A DNA stretch of 64,000 bases from an uncultured Gemmatimonadaceae bacterium (lineage in GTDB: Bacteria > Gemmatimonadota > Gemmatimonadetes > Gemmatimonadales > Gemmatimonadaceae). Made by a program: the position numbers and the translations under genes. The stretch spans positions 416,001 to 480,000 of the forward strand of contig CAWHHI010000012.1 in assembly GCA_963829055.1 (NCBI GenBank). The letters run 5' to 3'. Position 1 is the stretch's first letter. Every line of letters starts with the position of its first letter. The notes under the pieces are model-generated. The model was not told the DNA's origin and did no database searches. It worked only from the letters and a program-made list of their open reading frames with translations. Shown in pieces: positions 48,286 through 60,639 of the stretch.

Positions 48286-48631
48286 TCAGCGCGGGCGCGG
48301 GGGCGGTCTCGAGCACCTTGAACACGGCGCCGGCGAACCGCGCCCAGTAGTCGCGCGACGCGGCGAGCTGCTTCTTGCCGGCGGTCGTTAGGCGATAGAA
48401 CTTCGCGCGCCGATTGTGCTCGGTGATCCCCCACTCGGCCACGATGAGGCCGCGCTCCTCGAGCTTGTGGAGCGCCGGATAGAGCGAGCCTTCCTCGACC
48501 TGGAGGACGTCGTCGGTGCACTGCTCGATCCAGCGCGCGATGCCGTAGCCGTGGGCGGGCGCCCAGGAGAGCGTCTTGAGCACCATGAGGTCGAGCGTGC
48601 CCTTCAGGAAATCGGTCGTCGAGTCGGGCAT
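48286..48631 (-). CDS. PadR family transcriptional regulator
   Basis: KGTLDLMVLKTL, HGYGIARWI, EGSLYPALH, NRRAKFYRLT. Confidence 0.93.
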
Positions 48632-48671
48632 GGGATGCGGCGTCGGCGGCTCGGCGGCGGTGATCCGCGTC

Positions 48672-48716
48672 ACCTAGGACTCCTATGTATATACCTCGGA
48701 CTCCTAGGGTACGCAA
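48672..48716 (-). promoter_or_regulatory. Sigma70-like promoter overlapped by two near-palindromic operators (probable PadR autoregulation)
   Basis: Minus strand TTGCGT-N17-TATATA; ACCTAGGACTCCTATGT (48672-48688) and ACCTCGGACTCCTAGGG (48693-48709), 21 bp apart. Confidence 0.7.
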
Positions 48717-48936
48717 TATCGACTTCGCAGTGCCGGGCTGACTGCTTCGTAGCACGCGCGGAGCCGCAGACGACTCATTGGGCTAATGGCACAGCCGCTG
48801 CTAGAAGCGGTAGCGAGCAACGCGTCGGCATCACGCCAGCCGCTGCAAGCATGCCGGCGGCCGCATGCAGCATGCCAGCGCTTGCCTTCGGCCGATTTCG
48901 CGCGTAGCGTATCGGTCGACGTCATCCAGCGAGGCG

Positions 48937-50315
48937 ATGCGTGGTCGAGAGACGGCGTCCGCGGTTGATGCCGCTCTGCCTTGATTGTCGCGGTCGTGTT
49001 CGGACGATCGCGGCGCCGAGCGCGCGCGCACAGACGCCGGTCGACTCGGCGCTGCTCGCCTACATCAACTCGCATTCGCGCCGATCGACGTCCACGCGCA
49101 TCCAATGCGCCCGTGCCGCCGGCGCGCCCGCGGACACCGAGTTCGACGCGCTGCCGCTCGACGGGATTCCGCCGTTCGCCGTGTCCCGCATCGCCTCTCG
49201 CTCGACGACCCCATCTGGCGAAGCGCGCAGGACGCGCTGTTTCACGCGCCGACCGCGGCGAACGACAGCGTCTATCGCGCCGGCACTCCGCAGCGCGGCG
49301 CGAAGCGACGCGTCGCGCAGCACGGCGAGCACTTTCCCGACGTGGGCGCTCGACGCCGCCGGCATCGACGTGATGCTGGCGAATCGCATCGCCATGGGCG
49401 CCGGGCTCGCGAGCCCGCGCTTCCGCTGGGTGCCGTTCGCCGACCCGCTCATGTACCCGCTGGACACGCGCGGCGAGGCCGCTCGGACACCCGACACGCG
49501 CTCGCTGTATCCGAAGGAGGCTGCGCTGCTCAGGCGCTACCTCCGCGAGCTTCGGCATCGCCAAGCTTCCGCCGACGCTCGACGCCTACACGCGCACCGT
49601 CGTTAGGCCGACGCTCGAGCGATGGCGCTCCGGCGGCGCCGTGGGCATCAAGTTCGAGGCCGCGTATCTGCGCCCCCTCGACTTCGACGATCCCGACCCC
49701 GCAGCCGCACGCGCGATCGTACGCGCGATACGTCGCCGGCGGCGTCGCCGACGCGCGCCGAGTACAAGACGCTCGAGGACTACCTGATGCGCGTGATCGC
49801 CAGCGACGCCGGGGCGCCTGCGACCTGACGATCCAGATTCACACGCTCGAGACGTTCGGCGGCTACTACGCGTCCGCGCGGTGCGGCACCGCACCTGCTC
49901 GAGCCGCTGTTCAACGACTCGACACTCCGCGCGACGAAGTTCGTCATCGTCCACGGCGGCTGGCCGCTCATCGGCGAGACGCAGGGGCTGCTTGTCGAAG
50001 CCGAACGTGTACGCCGACATCTCGATGATGGACATCCTCCTCTCGCCGACGCAGCTCGCCGGCGCGCTCCGCCAGTGGCTCGGCGAGTGGCCCGACAAGG
50101 TGCTGTTCGGCAGCGACGCGTTCGACGGCGGGCCCGAGCAAGGGTGGGAGCAGGTCGCGTGGGTCGGTTCGACGACCGCGCGCCGAGCGCTCGCCATCGC
50201 GCTCACCGGCATGATGCGCGACGGCGAGATCAATCGCCCGCGCGCCGAGGCAGCTCGCGCGGATGGTGATGCGTCGAGAACGCGCTGGCCGCCTACGACC
50301 TCGGACGTCCGTTGA
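48937..50315 (+). CDS. Exported amidohydrolase-2 family metallohydrolase (frameshifted)
   Basis: IDVHAH, GIKFEAAYLR, IQIHT, FVIVHGGWP, NVYADIS, KVLFGSDA. Confidence 0.82.
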
Positions 50316-50344
50316 ATCTCATCACCACCCTCCTCGCCTTCCCG

Positions 50345-51791
50345 ATGCCTGATTCGCGATGTCACCCTGGTTGCGGCGCTCGTCGTCGCCATGGCACCGG
50401 TGTCGCATGCCCGCGCAGGAGACGCCGACGGAGCGCGACGCCGCGCGCGTCGTCGTGCAGAAGCAGATGGACCCTCGAGCGCTCGCTGAACCTCGACGCG
50501 CTCGTCGCGCAAGCTCACCGGCGCCGAACCCGGCGCGCGACGCCGTCGCCGCGCGCGCCAAGGAGCTCATGGACACGGAGCTGCTCGCGTTAGGCGACGA
50601 CATCACGAAGCATCCCGGAGATCGGCTTCGAGGAGACGCGATCGGTGCAGCTGCTCATCGACTATCTCAAGAAGCACGACTTCGACGTCACCATGGGCGT
50701 CGGCGAGCTCAAGACCGCGTTCGTCGCCCGCTACAACAAGTCGACGCCGGGCCCGAAGCTCGGCGTGATCCTCGAGTACGACGCGCTCCGCGGCACGAAG
50801 GGCGCGTTCCACGGCGACCAGCACTCGACGCAGGGACCGATCGGGATCGCGGCGGCGGTCGCGGTCGCCGAGTTCCTGACGCGGACGAAGACGCCAGGCA
50901 GCGTCGACGGTGTTCGGCGCGCCGGGCGAGGAGATGATGCCGCCGAACGCGAAGACCGTCATGTACGAGGCGGGTGCGTTCAAGGGCATGGACGTGCTCG
51001 TGCGCAGTCACGCCGTCGAGCGCGACCAGTCGCCCGGCGGCCGGATTCGGCACGTGCTGCATGAACATCGACGGCGTGAAGTACACGTTCTTCGGCGCGC
51101 CCGCGCATCAGCTCACGGCGTGGAACGGCCGCAACGCACTCGAGGCGGTGATCCACCTCTTCAACAACATCGACGCCGATTCGGAGCAACATCCGCCCGG
51201 AGGCGCGCATTCAGGGCGTCATCACGGAAGGCGGCGCGGCGCCTAACGTCGTTCCCGACCGCACGGCGGCCGACTTCTACATTCGCTACCCGGACGAGGT
51301 CTATCTCGCGCAGGAAACCGAGATGGTGAACAACGCGGCGCGCGGCGGCCGCGCTCGCGACCGGAACGCAGGTGAAGATCGATCACTACGGGCGCAACCG
51401 CGACGGCATCGGCGTCGCGTCGCTCGACGAGGTCGGCTTCGCCTACATGAAGAAGTACGGCGCGACCGGCGTGCTGCCGGAGCCGGGCAAGCCGCAGGGC
51501 TACGAGGAGACCGGCAGCGTCTCGAGCAACATTCCGGGCATCGGGTTCAGCGCGAAGACCTCGAACGCGCCGAACCACACGTACGAGATGGAAGCCGACG
51601 CGCTGACGGACGTCGGGCACGCGCGGCTTCGTCATCGACGCGCAGGCGATGGCGTCGCTGCTGTACGATTTCGCGACACGTGCCGACTACCGCGCGCTCG
51701 TCAAACGCGAGTTCGACGGGCTCAAGGCGCTCCACGAGGAGTACCTCGAGGCGCTCCGCAAAGTCTACACGGTACCCAAGGTCGTCGGTGA
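50345..51791 (+). CDS. M20 family amidohydrolase (AbgB/Acy1L2-like) (frameshifted)
   Basis: EIGFEE, TAFVA, LEYDAL, PGEE, AHQLTAWNGRNALEA, ITEGGAAPNVVP. Confidence 0.8.
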
Positions 51792-51938
51792 GCGAGCGTC
51801 ACCCTAACGTGACTCAACGAATGGCGGTGGCGGTCGCAGGCATCCGGGTGACCCGCACCTCCGCGCCGAGCTCGCAAGCCATCTCGCGATGCACATCGCG
51901 GAGAATATGCGGCGCGGCAACGAGCGCGGCGCCTAACG

Positions 51939-53876
51939 CTACTGGCGGCGCGCTCGCGCGAGCGCTTCCCCGAGCTCGTCCGTGCGGGCCTTCGACATCT
52001 GCGCGAAGCACTCCGACAGGGGCTCGGCCCACAGTGGCACAGTCCCGGGCGCGGGACTCCTCGTGCACTCACGGTCGCGCTGCACGATCCACGTCCGCTG
52101 CTCGACGCGCAGCTGCGTGACACCCGGTGGATCCGGCGCGCCACGCTGCGTTCCCGCGATGCGACGCAGCTCGACGATCAGCGAGTCGTACACACGCTGC
52201 AGCGCGGCATCGTTCACCGCGATGTGCGCGAGCAGGCACGCGCGCTGGTCCGCCATCGTCGGGGTGGCGCAACGCTGACTCGGCGCGGTAGTGCTGCTCG
52301 CGGTGGGGTGGGTGTGCCTGCGGTGGGCGTGCGTGCGGGGCGCGTGCTTGCTGACTCAGCCGCGCTCGATGGTCGCGCGACCGTTGGTGGCCTGAACGGG
52401 TCGTCGGCTTTTGCTTGCGTCCGAGTCGTAGCGGACGACGGCTCACGTCGTGGAGAAGCCGGCTGCCTGGACGCGCTGTCGGGAAGCGCGGGTCGTGGGC
52501 TCGGCACCGGCTGGGCCGCGACTGTCGTATCGGCCGCGCGCGCAGGCGGCGGTGTTACTCGTTTCGAGTTGGCCGCCGAGTCGGCCGTGCGCGCGGAGTC
52601 GAGCGCAACTGTGCCGGCGCTCGATGTGAGGCCGCCGTTAGGCTCGGTAGGCGACGCGTCCCGCCCACGCCCGCCGAGCACGATGTACAAGGATCCGGCG
52701 CCGATGAGCAGCGGGACGAGCAGCGCCAGTCCGCGGAGGATTGGCCGACGGGTGAGAAGGCGACGCGCAGAGCGTGGCGCGGCCGCGGCGGCGGGCGGGG
52801 CAGTGTTCCGGGTGCGCGTCGGAACTGGCCACCGCGGCGTCGCCTGTGACTGCTCTGCGTCCGCAATACCGTCGCGGTCGCGCGCCGGCTCGGCTGCCAC
52901 CGCCGGCGAGCTGGCCGGGAGCGCATCGTCGAGCGGCACTGAACCAGGCGACGGGATCGGACGGAACTTCACCGTCGGCTCGTCTTCGGTCGAGCGCGGA
53001 CCCGGCGGGTACGCCGCCGTCAGGACTGGTGGCGGGTTGTACGTTAGGCGACCGAGGAACTCCTCGATGCTCTGCCATCGCTGCGCCTTGTTCTTCACCA
53101 GCGCGCCCTCGATGGCGAACAGCAGATTTGCGGGAACGCGTGGCCTGAGCTCCGTGATGCGCGGCAGCTCCTCGTGCTTCTGCTTGTAGATGACGCCGTA
53201 AAGATTCTCTCCCGCCCACGGTCGGCGGCCCGTCAGCAGCTCCCAACCAAGCACACCGAGGCTGTAGATGTCGCTCCGACCGTCGACGTGGCCGCCGTCG
53301 ATCTGCTCGGGCGACATGTACTGCGGCGTGCCGAGTGCGGCGCCGAGCTGCGTGATGGCGGGGTCGCCGTCGATCTTCCGAGCGATGCCGAAGTCGGAGA
53401 GCAGTGCGCGTCCGGTACGCTCGTCGAGGAAGACGTTTTCCGGTTTCACGTCGCGGTGGACGATGCCGCGCCGATGCGCGTAGGCGAGCGCGTTCGCGAC
53501 GTCTCGCAGGACGGTCTCTGCCCGCTCCGCGTCGAAGGCGCCATACTCGCGCAGACGATCTCGCACTGTCCCGCCGGCGACGTATTCCATGATGATCGCC
53601 AGCGCGCGGTCGTCGATCTGCTCGATCGCTTCGGTACGTACGATGTTCGGATGGTCGAGGTCGGCGACGACGCGTGCCTCGCGCGCGAACCGCTGGAGGG
53701 CGTCCGGGTCGTCCAGGTAGCGCGCGCGGACGGCCTTGATGGCCACGAGGCGGTTGGAGTCCCGCCTGCCGCGCGAGATAGACCGCCGCCATCCCGCCCT
53801 GCCCGATCTCGCGGATCAGCTCGTAGTCGCGCTCGAGTGTTTGAAGGTCAGTGGGAAAGTCAGTTTCGGGCGGCAT
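51939..53876 (-). CDS. Membrane Ser/Thr protein kinase with C-terminal LprI/DUF1311-like domain (two frameshifts)
   Basis: IGQGGMAAVY, AIK, HRDVKPEN, DFG, GTPQYMSPE, TM, Pro/Ala linker, then C..NDAALQRVY..LRVEQRTWIVQRDREC..C..ARTDEL. Confidence 0.85.
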
Positions 53877-53948
53877 CGGCTCGGCGGTGAATGCCGTCGC
53901 TATATGCCGGATGTATGCCGAACCGTGGAGACGCGGCCTCGACCGTCT

Positions 53949-54834
53949 TCAAGGGGCAAGCGGCAGACCGACACGCTCCGCGAGCCGTGCTGCGTCGAAC
54001 GGCGCGTGTACCTTCGCGTCGTTGTCGAAGTAGACATACACATCTCGGGCGCCCTTGGGCCCACTGCGCCACGCGTCGATCTTCGCCGCCCACGCATTGA
54101 GCTCGGCGTCGGTGTAGCCGCTCGCGTACAGCTCCTGCGATCCGTGCAGCCGCACATACACGAAATCCGCCGTGACTTCCTCGGCATAGGGGAACTTGCC
54201 GGCCGTATCGGCGATCACGAACGCGCAGCGGTGCGCGCGCAGCAGGCTGTAGAACTCGTCGTTGAAGTACGTGGGATGCCGCACCTCGAACGCGTGGCGG
54301 AAGGCGACGTTCGCTGACGCGTCCACGAGCGCCCCGCGACGGAGCCGATGGTCATGCTGGCGCGCGACGGCCTCGGCTTCCACGGCTAGTGCGCGGCAGT
54401 TGCCGCATGAACGCGTCCAGTCGCTCGGCCTCGAAGCGGTAGGTCGCGGGGAGTTGCCAGAGAAAGGGCCCGGTCTTTTGCCCGAGCGCGAGCACCCCGC
54501 TCGCGAAGAAATTCCCGAGTGAAGCTTCGGCATTCTTCAGCTTGAGATTGTGCGTGATGAAGCGGCCACCCTTGACCGCGAACACGAACTCACCGTTGGG
54601 AACTTCGGCGACCCACCGCTCGAACACCGCCGGCGATTTCAGGCTGTAGAACGTGCCGTTCAACTCGATGCTGTTGAAGCGGCGGCTCGCGAACTCGAGC
54701 CAGCGTCGAGCGGGCAGATCTTCGGGATAGAACCGGCCGCGCCAGGGTTTGTAGTCGTATCCGCTGATGCCGACGAACGCGCGGCCCGATGGGCGACCGC
54801 GCGCCTTCGCCTGCCCTACCGCTTGCTCTGTCAC
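53949..54834 (-). CDS. DUF72 family protein (one frameshift near 54390)
   Basis: VGISGYDYKPW, FNSIELNGTFY, ITH, GPFLWQLP, AFEVRH, YVRLHG, YVYFDND. Confidence 0.92.
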
Positions 54835-54908
54835 CGGCCAACGGCGCTCACCGAACGAGACCGGTGATGACGCAAGGCAATCTGTGGGCCCGCTCAGCCC
54901 GTTCGGCC

Positions 54909-57027
54909 CTAACGCGGGATGACCGGAAGCACGACGTGCGACGGATGCGCCGCGTCATGCACGAGCCGTTGATGCGCGACCACGAACGTGCTGTCGCGCT
55001 CGTTGTTGCCGCCGGTGTTCAGATTCCGATCGTACTTCGGAAACAGTGCCGACGACACACTCACGCGGAGTCGGTGGCCCGGCTCGAACACGCGCGACGT
55101 GAACCAGAGGTCGATGTCGTACCGCTCGACGCTGCCCGGCGTGAGCGGCACCTCCTTGTCGAATCCCTGCCGGAAGCGCGCGCGCGCCACGCCATCCTGG
55201 ACTCGCTCGGCGTGACCATCCGGGAAGACGTCGAGCAGCATGACGTTCCAGTCCGTGTCTTTCGCGTCGGTCGCCGCCCACAGCGTCGCCGACATCTGAC
55301 CCGTCACTTCGATCGGCTTCGTCAAGCGGCTTCGACGTGAAGACGAGCGCGTCACGACGCGACGCGTTGAGTGACGTGAAGTCCTCGTTGAGCGACGTCT
55401 CGAGCTCGCGCGAATCGATGAGGTAGGGCGTCGGATTCGCGGGATCGTACGTGAACGTGTCCGCCGGCGCGCGCCGTTCGGCGGAATGGTGTCGAGCACA
55501 CCGTCGCCCGCACTCGTGTTCGCCTTGCCGCCCGACGACACGTACCACTTCGTCGGAACCGCGCGTGCGAGCGGCCACGCCGGTTCCTTCCGCCACGCGT
55601 TGTCACCGAACACGAAGATGTCCACCGGCGGCTCACTGTCGACGCCGTTGTCCTTGCCCAGCAGATAGTGATCGAACCAGCGGAGCTGGAGTCGTCGCGT
55701 GTCGACGCGCGACTCCGGACCGAACTCGCCGGCGACGTAGTCGACGCCCTTGTGCGCGCCCGGACCCATGACGAGCCGAACGAACGGATGCCCGGGCACC
55801 TTGTTCAGTGCGTTCGTGTAGTCGATCGGCCCGCGCGAATCGTCGTACCAGCCGGAGATCTGCAGCACCGGCGCGCGGACCTTCGCGATGTTCGTCGTCA
55901 CCGCGTGCGCGCGCCAATACGCGTCGAGCGTGGGATGCGCGATCCATCGATCCCACAGCGGCACGTCGCCGCAGCCGAGTTGCTGTGGCAGATCGCTGAG
56001 CGGCAGGTGCTTGAGCGCGGCGCCGATGTCGAGGTCGCTGATGTCCTGCAGCGTTCGCGCGCGCATGAGACACGCCCACGCGACGTTGATCGGCGAGAAC
56101 ACCATGTCCTCGTACGGAACGATGCGCCACGGATCGCCGGTCGCCGCCGACGGCGCGATGGCCGCGAGATGCGGCGGTGCGCTCACGGCCGCGTACCACG
56201 CGAGCCGCCCCTCGTCCGAGTGGCCGATCAACCCCACGCGCCCGTTCGCGCCCGGGAGCTTCGCTGCCCACTCGACGGCGTCGTAGCCATCGCGCACGTC
56301 GGTGTCGTAGTCGCCGAAATCCTTTCCGTCGGAGACGTCTCGGCCACGCACGTGCTGCGCGACGAAGATGTAGCCGCGCGACGCCCAGTAGCGGCCCGCC
56401 GGATGGAGAATGCGCGTGTACGGCGTTCGCTGCATAACGACGCCGAACGGTCCCTGCCCCACCGGACGCGCGACGTAGCTCGCGAGCTTCGCGCCGTCGC
56501 GCGTCGTCATGAAGACGAGCGTGTCTTCGGTGACGGCGTACTGCGAGTCGGACACGGCGCCAGGCCACAGCGTCGTACGTCTGCTCGGCCACGAACGGAG
56601 TCGCTTCGTCGCACGAGCCGAATGCGCCGACCCGACGGCTTCCCGTTCGCGAGCATGACTCCGGTGAGCGTGTCGCCATGCCACGCCGCCGCGATCGATT
56701 GGCTACCGCTCGCCACTCAGCGTGAGTGAATCGCCCTGCGTGACCACATGCGTGACGTCGAGCAGCGTGTCGCCGGTACGGCGGCGGATCGAGCCAGTGA
56801 CGCCTGAATCACCGCTCTGCGAAATGCGCGAATCCCATGCGCCGCCACCCCTCGAACCCGGGTCGCGTGGTCGAGCCGCTCGCGAGGTAGGCGTCCCAGT
56901 CGCCGGTGAGCACGGGCGCGCCGGCGGGCGAGCGCTTTTCGGTGGTACACGCGACTGCAGTGGCAACGGTAGCGATCGCGGCGAGAGCTCGTACGCGGCG
57001 CGCGGACGCGAAGCGGTGAGAGCGCAT
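54909..57027 (-). CDS. CocE/NonD family hydrolase lipoprotein (frameshifted)
   Basis: AVAC lipobox, TRDGAKL, RTPY, VRGR, DGYDAVEW, GHSDEG, SGWYD, RWFDHYL, DRNLNTG. Confidence 0.9.
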
Positions 57028-57118
57028 GTCGTGGGTGACTCGGCTGGTGAAAACGGCGCACGTTCGGGAAGACCGACGATGCGCGCGCCACGCGGAGAGC
57101 GCTACCCTGTCTCGTCGA

Positions 57119-58531
57119 CTACAGCTGCTCCGGCACGAAGCGGGTCACTTTACCATCCGGCGTGAGCTCGATCGTGTAGTAGACGGTGCGGCCATCACCC
57201 TCGACCTTGTATCGATACACCCAGCGGACCTTCGAGCCGAAGCGCTCGATCCCCTTGCTTCCGTTGTCCTCCACTTCGAGGAACGCAATCCGCGCCGACG
57301 ACGCCTTGAACCCGCGCGCGGCCGTGGTGCGGACGGGCCCACCGGGGTTGCGCAGGTTCGGAGCGAGCATCTCCGAGTCACGGTTGTCGGCCACAGCGGC
57401 AAGCATACCCAGGAGTCGTTGGGACAGCGCCGGGTCAGGGTCTGGACGCTCGACGAGCGACCGCATCGCCAATCCGGGCACGTAGAAGCTTGCGACGTTC
57501 GTCGCCAGCACGTTGACGGCGTTCCAGCGGTCGATGTTGAACAGCACGACGACGCTCAGGTCATCGTCCGGGTATCGGTAGATCACCGACGAGAATCCGG
57601 CGACGGTGCTCCCGTTATGCAGCACCATGTGATGGCCTCTGAACTCGTCGAGGAACCACGCGATTCCGCCGCTGAACGTTGACCCATCGTTGAATCGAAC
57701 TGGCGTCGTCATCAACTTCATCGTCTCCGGCTTGACGATCGAGCCATTCGTCAGCGCGATGTTCCACCGCGCCATGTCGGCGGCGGTGCTCAGAACTCCG
57801 CCGTTCGGTGCGAGGATCGCCGGACGCAGCGGCTCGCCGTTCTCGAGTACACCGTCACGGTCGACGTATCCCGATGCATGGTTAGGCACGACGTCACTCG
57901 GGCGTCTCAAGCGCGTCTCCCGCATGCCGGCGGGCGTGAAAATACGTTCTATGACGAAGCGCTCGTACGGAAGGCCGGTGACCTTCTCGATCACCTTGCC
58001 TAACAACGGGAAGGCGCTGTTCGTGTACGAGAATCGGGTTCCCGGTGCGAAATCGAGCGGGTGACGTGCCACGAACGCGATGAACTCGGCAGTCGTGTAC
58101 TCGCGGCGGTAGGAGAACGCGGTATCCGCTTCCCAGTCTGGCAGCCCCGACGTATGCGTCAGCAAGTGACGCAGCCGGATGCCACCCCATTCCTGCGGAA
58201 GGCCGGTCAGATACTTCGAGAGCGGGTCCTCGAGACCTAGCTTCCCCTCCTCGACGAGCAGCATCACGGCCTCGGCAGCGACCTGCTTGCTCATCGACCC
58301 GATCTCGAACACGCTGTGCTCGGTCGCGGCGACGTTGAGCTCCAGGTTCGCCACGCCATACCCCGCCGCTTTCACGACCTGGTTATGATGGACGACCGAG
58401 ATTGCGGCTCCCGGGACGCGATGGCGCTGGAGGAAGTCGCGTACGAACGCGTCGACCGAATCGGGCGCCTGGGCGCCAAGCTGGCCAGTGAGCGCCAGGG
58501 TGGCGATGACACAATGGGCGAAGCCTCTCAT
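57119..58531 (-). CDS. Serine hydrolase, beta-lactamase class C/peptidase S12 family
   Basis: Signal peptide, FEIGSMSK (SxxK), LLTHTSG, YTN (YxN), HNG. Confidence 0.92.
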   Translation of the reverse strand: MRGFAHCVIATLALTGQLGAQAPDSVDAFVRDFLQRHRVPGAAISVVHHNQVVKAAGYGVANLELNVAATEHSVFEIGSMSKQVAAEAVMLLVEEGKLGLEDPLSKYLTGLPQEWGGIRLRHLLTHTSGLPDWEADTAFSYRREYTTAEFIAFVARHPLDFAPGTRFSYTNSAFPLLGKVIEKVTGLPYERFVIERIFTPAGMRETRLRRPSDVVPNHASGYVDRDGVLENGEPLRPAILAPNGGVLSTAADMARWNIALTNGSIVKPETMKLMTTPVRFNDGSTFSGGIAWFLDEFRGHHMVLHNGSTVAGFSSVIYRYPDDDLSVVVLFNIDRWNAVNVLATNVASFYVPGLAMRSLVERPDPDPALSQRLLGMLAAVADNRDSEMLAPNLRNPGGPVRTTAARGFKASSARIAFLEVEDNGSKGIERFGSKVRWVYRYKVEGDGRTVYYTIELTPDGKVTRFVPEQL

Positions 58532-58730
58532 GCGGTCGTGACCCCCTCGAACGAGACCCGTGCAAGGTGCCGGCATGGAGGCGAGCGATTCAATACGCTG
58601 GACGAAGGCATTGCAGTGCTCGGACACCACCCCTCCATGCCAAGTCACCGGCCCCTCTACTTTTGTCCTCCCAACTGGCACAGGGACGGCGTATGTTGCC
58701 GCCTGGTTTGCCACCCCAACCGGAATCGAC

Positions 58731-59444
58731 GTGCGCATCAGCGACATGAACTGGATGCAGGTCGAGGAATACCTGCGACGTGACGACCGCGCCGTGCTGC
58801 CGCTCGGCAGCACCGAGCAGCACAGCCACCTGCGGCTGACCGTCGATTGCATTCTCCCCGAGCGCGTCGCCGCCGAGGCCGCCGAGCCGCTTGGCATTCC
58901 TGTGTTCCCCGTCGTGCCGTACGGCGTGACGCCGTACTTCCGCGAGTTCCCCGGCTCGATCTCGCTGCGAGTGGAGACGCACCTGCACGTCGTGCGCGAC
59001 ATCCTGGACGGCATGGCGCACAGCGGGTTCCGGCGGATCCTGATCGTCAACGGTCACGGAGGCAACAGCGCGGTGCAGCAGTACGTGCCGGAGTGGACGG
59101 CTGATCACCCGGAGTGCCGAGTGATCTTCCACAACTGGTGGAATGCGCCGCTGACGTGGGCCAAGGTGCAGGCCATCGATCCGGTCGCGTCCCACGGGTC
59201 GTGGATGGAGAACTTCCCGTGGACGCGTCTGCCTAACGTCGCGATGCCCACGACGCAGCGGCCGATGGTCGACCTCGCGACGGTGCGTGCGATCGACCCG
59301 GTCGGATTACGCAAGTATCTCGGTGATGGCAACTACGGTGGCGTCTATCAGCGGCCCGACGAGGACACGCTGGCCCTGTGGCAGGTGGCGGTCGAGGAGA
59401 CGCGCGCGTTGCTCACGGGTTCATGGGGCGAGCCGGTTGGATGA
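58731..59444 (+). CDS. Creatininase family amidohydrolase
   Basis: LPLGSTEQH, D, FPGSISL, NGHGGN, SHGSWME. Confidence 0.92.
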   Translation: MRISDMNWMQVEEYLRRDDRAVLPLGSTEQHSHLRLTVDCILPERVAAEAAEPLGIPVFPVVPYGVTPYFREFPGSISLRVETHLHVVRDILDGMAHSGFRRILIVNGHGGNSAVQQYVPEWTADHPECRVIFHNWWNAPLTWAKVQAIDPVASHGSWMENFPWTRLPNVAMPTTQRPMVDLATVRAIDPVGLRKYLGDGNYGGVYQRPDEDTLALWQVAVEETRALLTGSWGEPVG

Positions 59445-59447
59445 GTA

Positions 59448-59589
59448 TGTCATTCCGAGCGGAGTTGTCATTCCGAGCGGAGCGAGCGCGAAGCGCCCGC
59501 GGAGTCGAGGAATCGCGCCTGTCCCGAACGAGAGCCCTCTACACGATACCGCCTCGATTCCTCGACTCGCTTCGCTCGCTCGGAATGAC
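59448..59589. repeat. Palindromic element copy 3 with duplicated left end
   Basis: TGTCATTCCGAGCGGAG twice (59448, 59466); perfect inner IR GAGTCGAGGAATCG/CGATTCCTCGACTC; right end CGCTCGGAATGAC. Confidence 0.9.
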
Positions 59590-59594
59590 CACTT

Positions 59595-60639
59595 ATGCCT
59601 GAAACGAAAATGCGCTGTCTCATCTGGGGCGCCGGCGCGATCGGCGGAACGCTCGGCGCCTATCTCGCGCGCACCGGTCACGACGTGACCTTCGTCGACA
59701 CCGTGGACGAACACGTGGCGGCGATCGACCGCGCGGGACTTCACATCACGGGGCCGATCGCGGATTTCACCGTGCGCGCGCCTGCGTTCACGCCACAGAC
59801 GCTTCGCGGCGAGTGGGACAACATTATTCTCGCGACGAAGGCGCACCACACCGAGGCTGCTACGCGCGCGCTGCTCCCGCACCTGACCTCTGCCGGCTGC
59901 GTGATCTCGGCGCAGAACGGCCTCAACGAGCTCGCCATTGCCGACATTGTCGGAGCCGAGCGCACGGTCGGCGCGTTCGTCAACTTCGGCGCCGACTATC
60001 TGGAGCCGGGCGTCATTCACTACGGCGGACGCGGCGCGGTGGTGGTCGGAGAGATCGACGGGACGAATCACTCCGCGCGCCCTCGCGATCCGCGATGCGT
60101 GGCGCGACCTCGACGAGCGCGCGATCGCCACGCCTAACGTCTGGGGGTACCTGTGGGGCAAGGAGGCGTACGGCGCGATGCTGTTTGCCACCGCGCTCAC
60201 CAACGAGTCGATCGCCGACGCGCTCGCGAACCTCACGTACCGCGACCTGTACGTCGCGCTGGCACGAGAGATCCTTGCCGTCGCGGCGGCGCGCGGTGTG
60301 AAACCGGAAGCCTTCGACGGCTTCGACCCAGCCGCGTACCTGCCCGACGCTCCGCCCGACGCCGCAGCCCGCTCACTCGACAACCTCGTCGCCCACAACC
60401 GCCGCTCCGCCAAGACGCACAGCGGCATCTGGCGCGACCTCGCGGTGCGGAAGCGACCGACCGAGGTCGACGCGCAGCTCGGTATCGTCGTGACGTTAGG
60501 CCGCGAGGCCGGCGTTGCCACACCGATCACGGCACGACTCGTCGAGCTGATCCACGACGTCGAGCGTGGCGTCCGCCCACAGTCGCTCGAGACGCTCGAC
60601 GCGCTCGCCGCTACCCTCTCGTCCGACGCCCACCGATGA
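59595..60639 (+). CDS. Ketopantoate reductase (PanE/ApbA) family protein (one frameshift near 60065)
   Basis: GAGAIGG, LATKA, SAQNGL, LWGK, RPTEVD. Confidence 0.88.

Noticed and set aside
47606..48673. PadR-permease fusion ORF
   Set aside because: The intervening translation is out of frame with the permease prefix domain; two genes joined by indels
57119..58531. Antibiotic-resistance beta-lactamase
   Set aside because: SxxK/YxN/HxG motifs are shared by the broad peptidase S12/esterase family; nothing indicates a true AmpC
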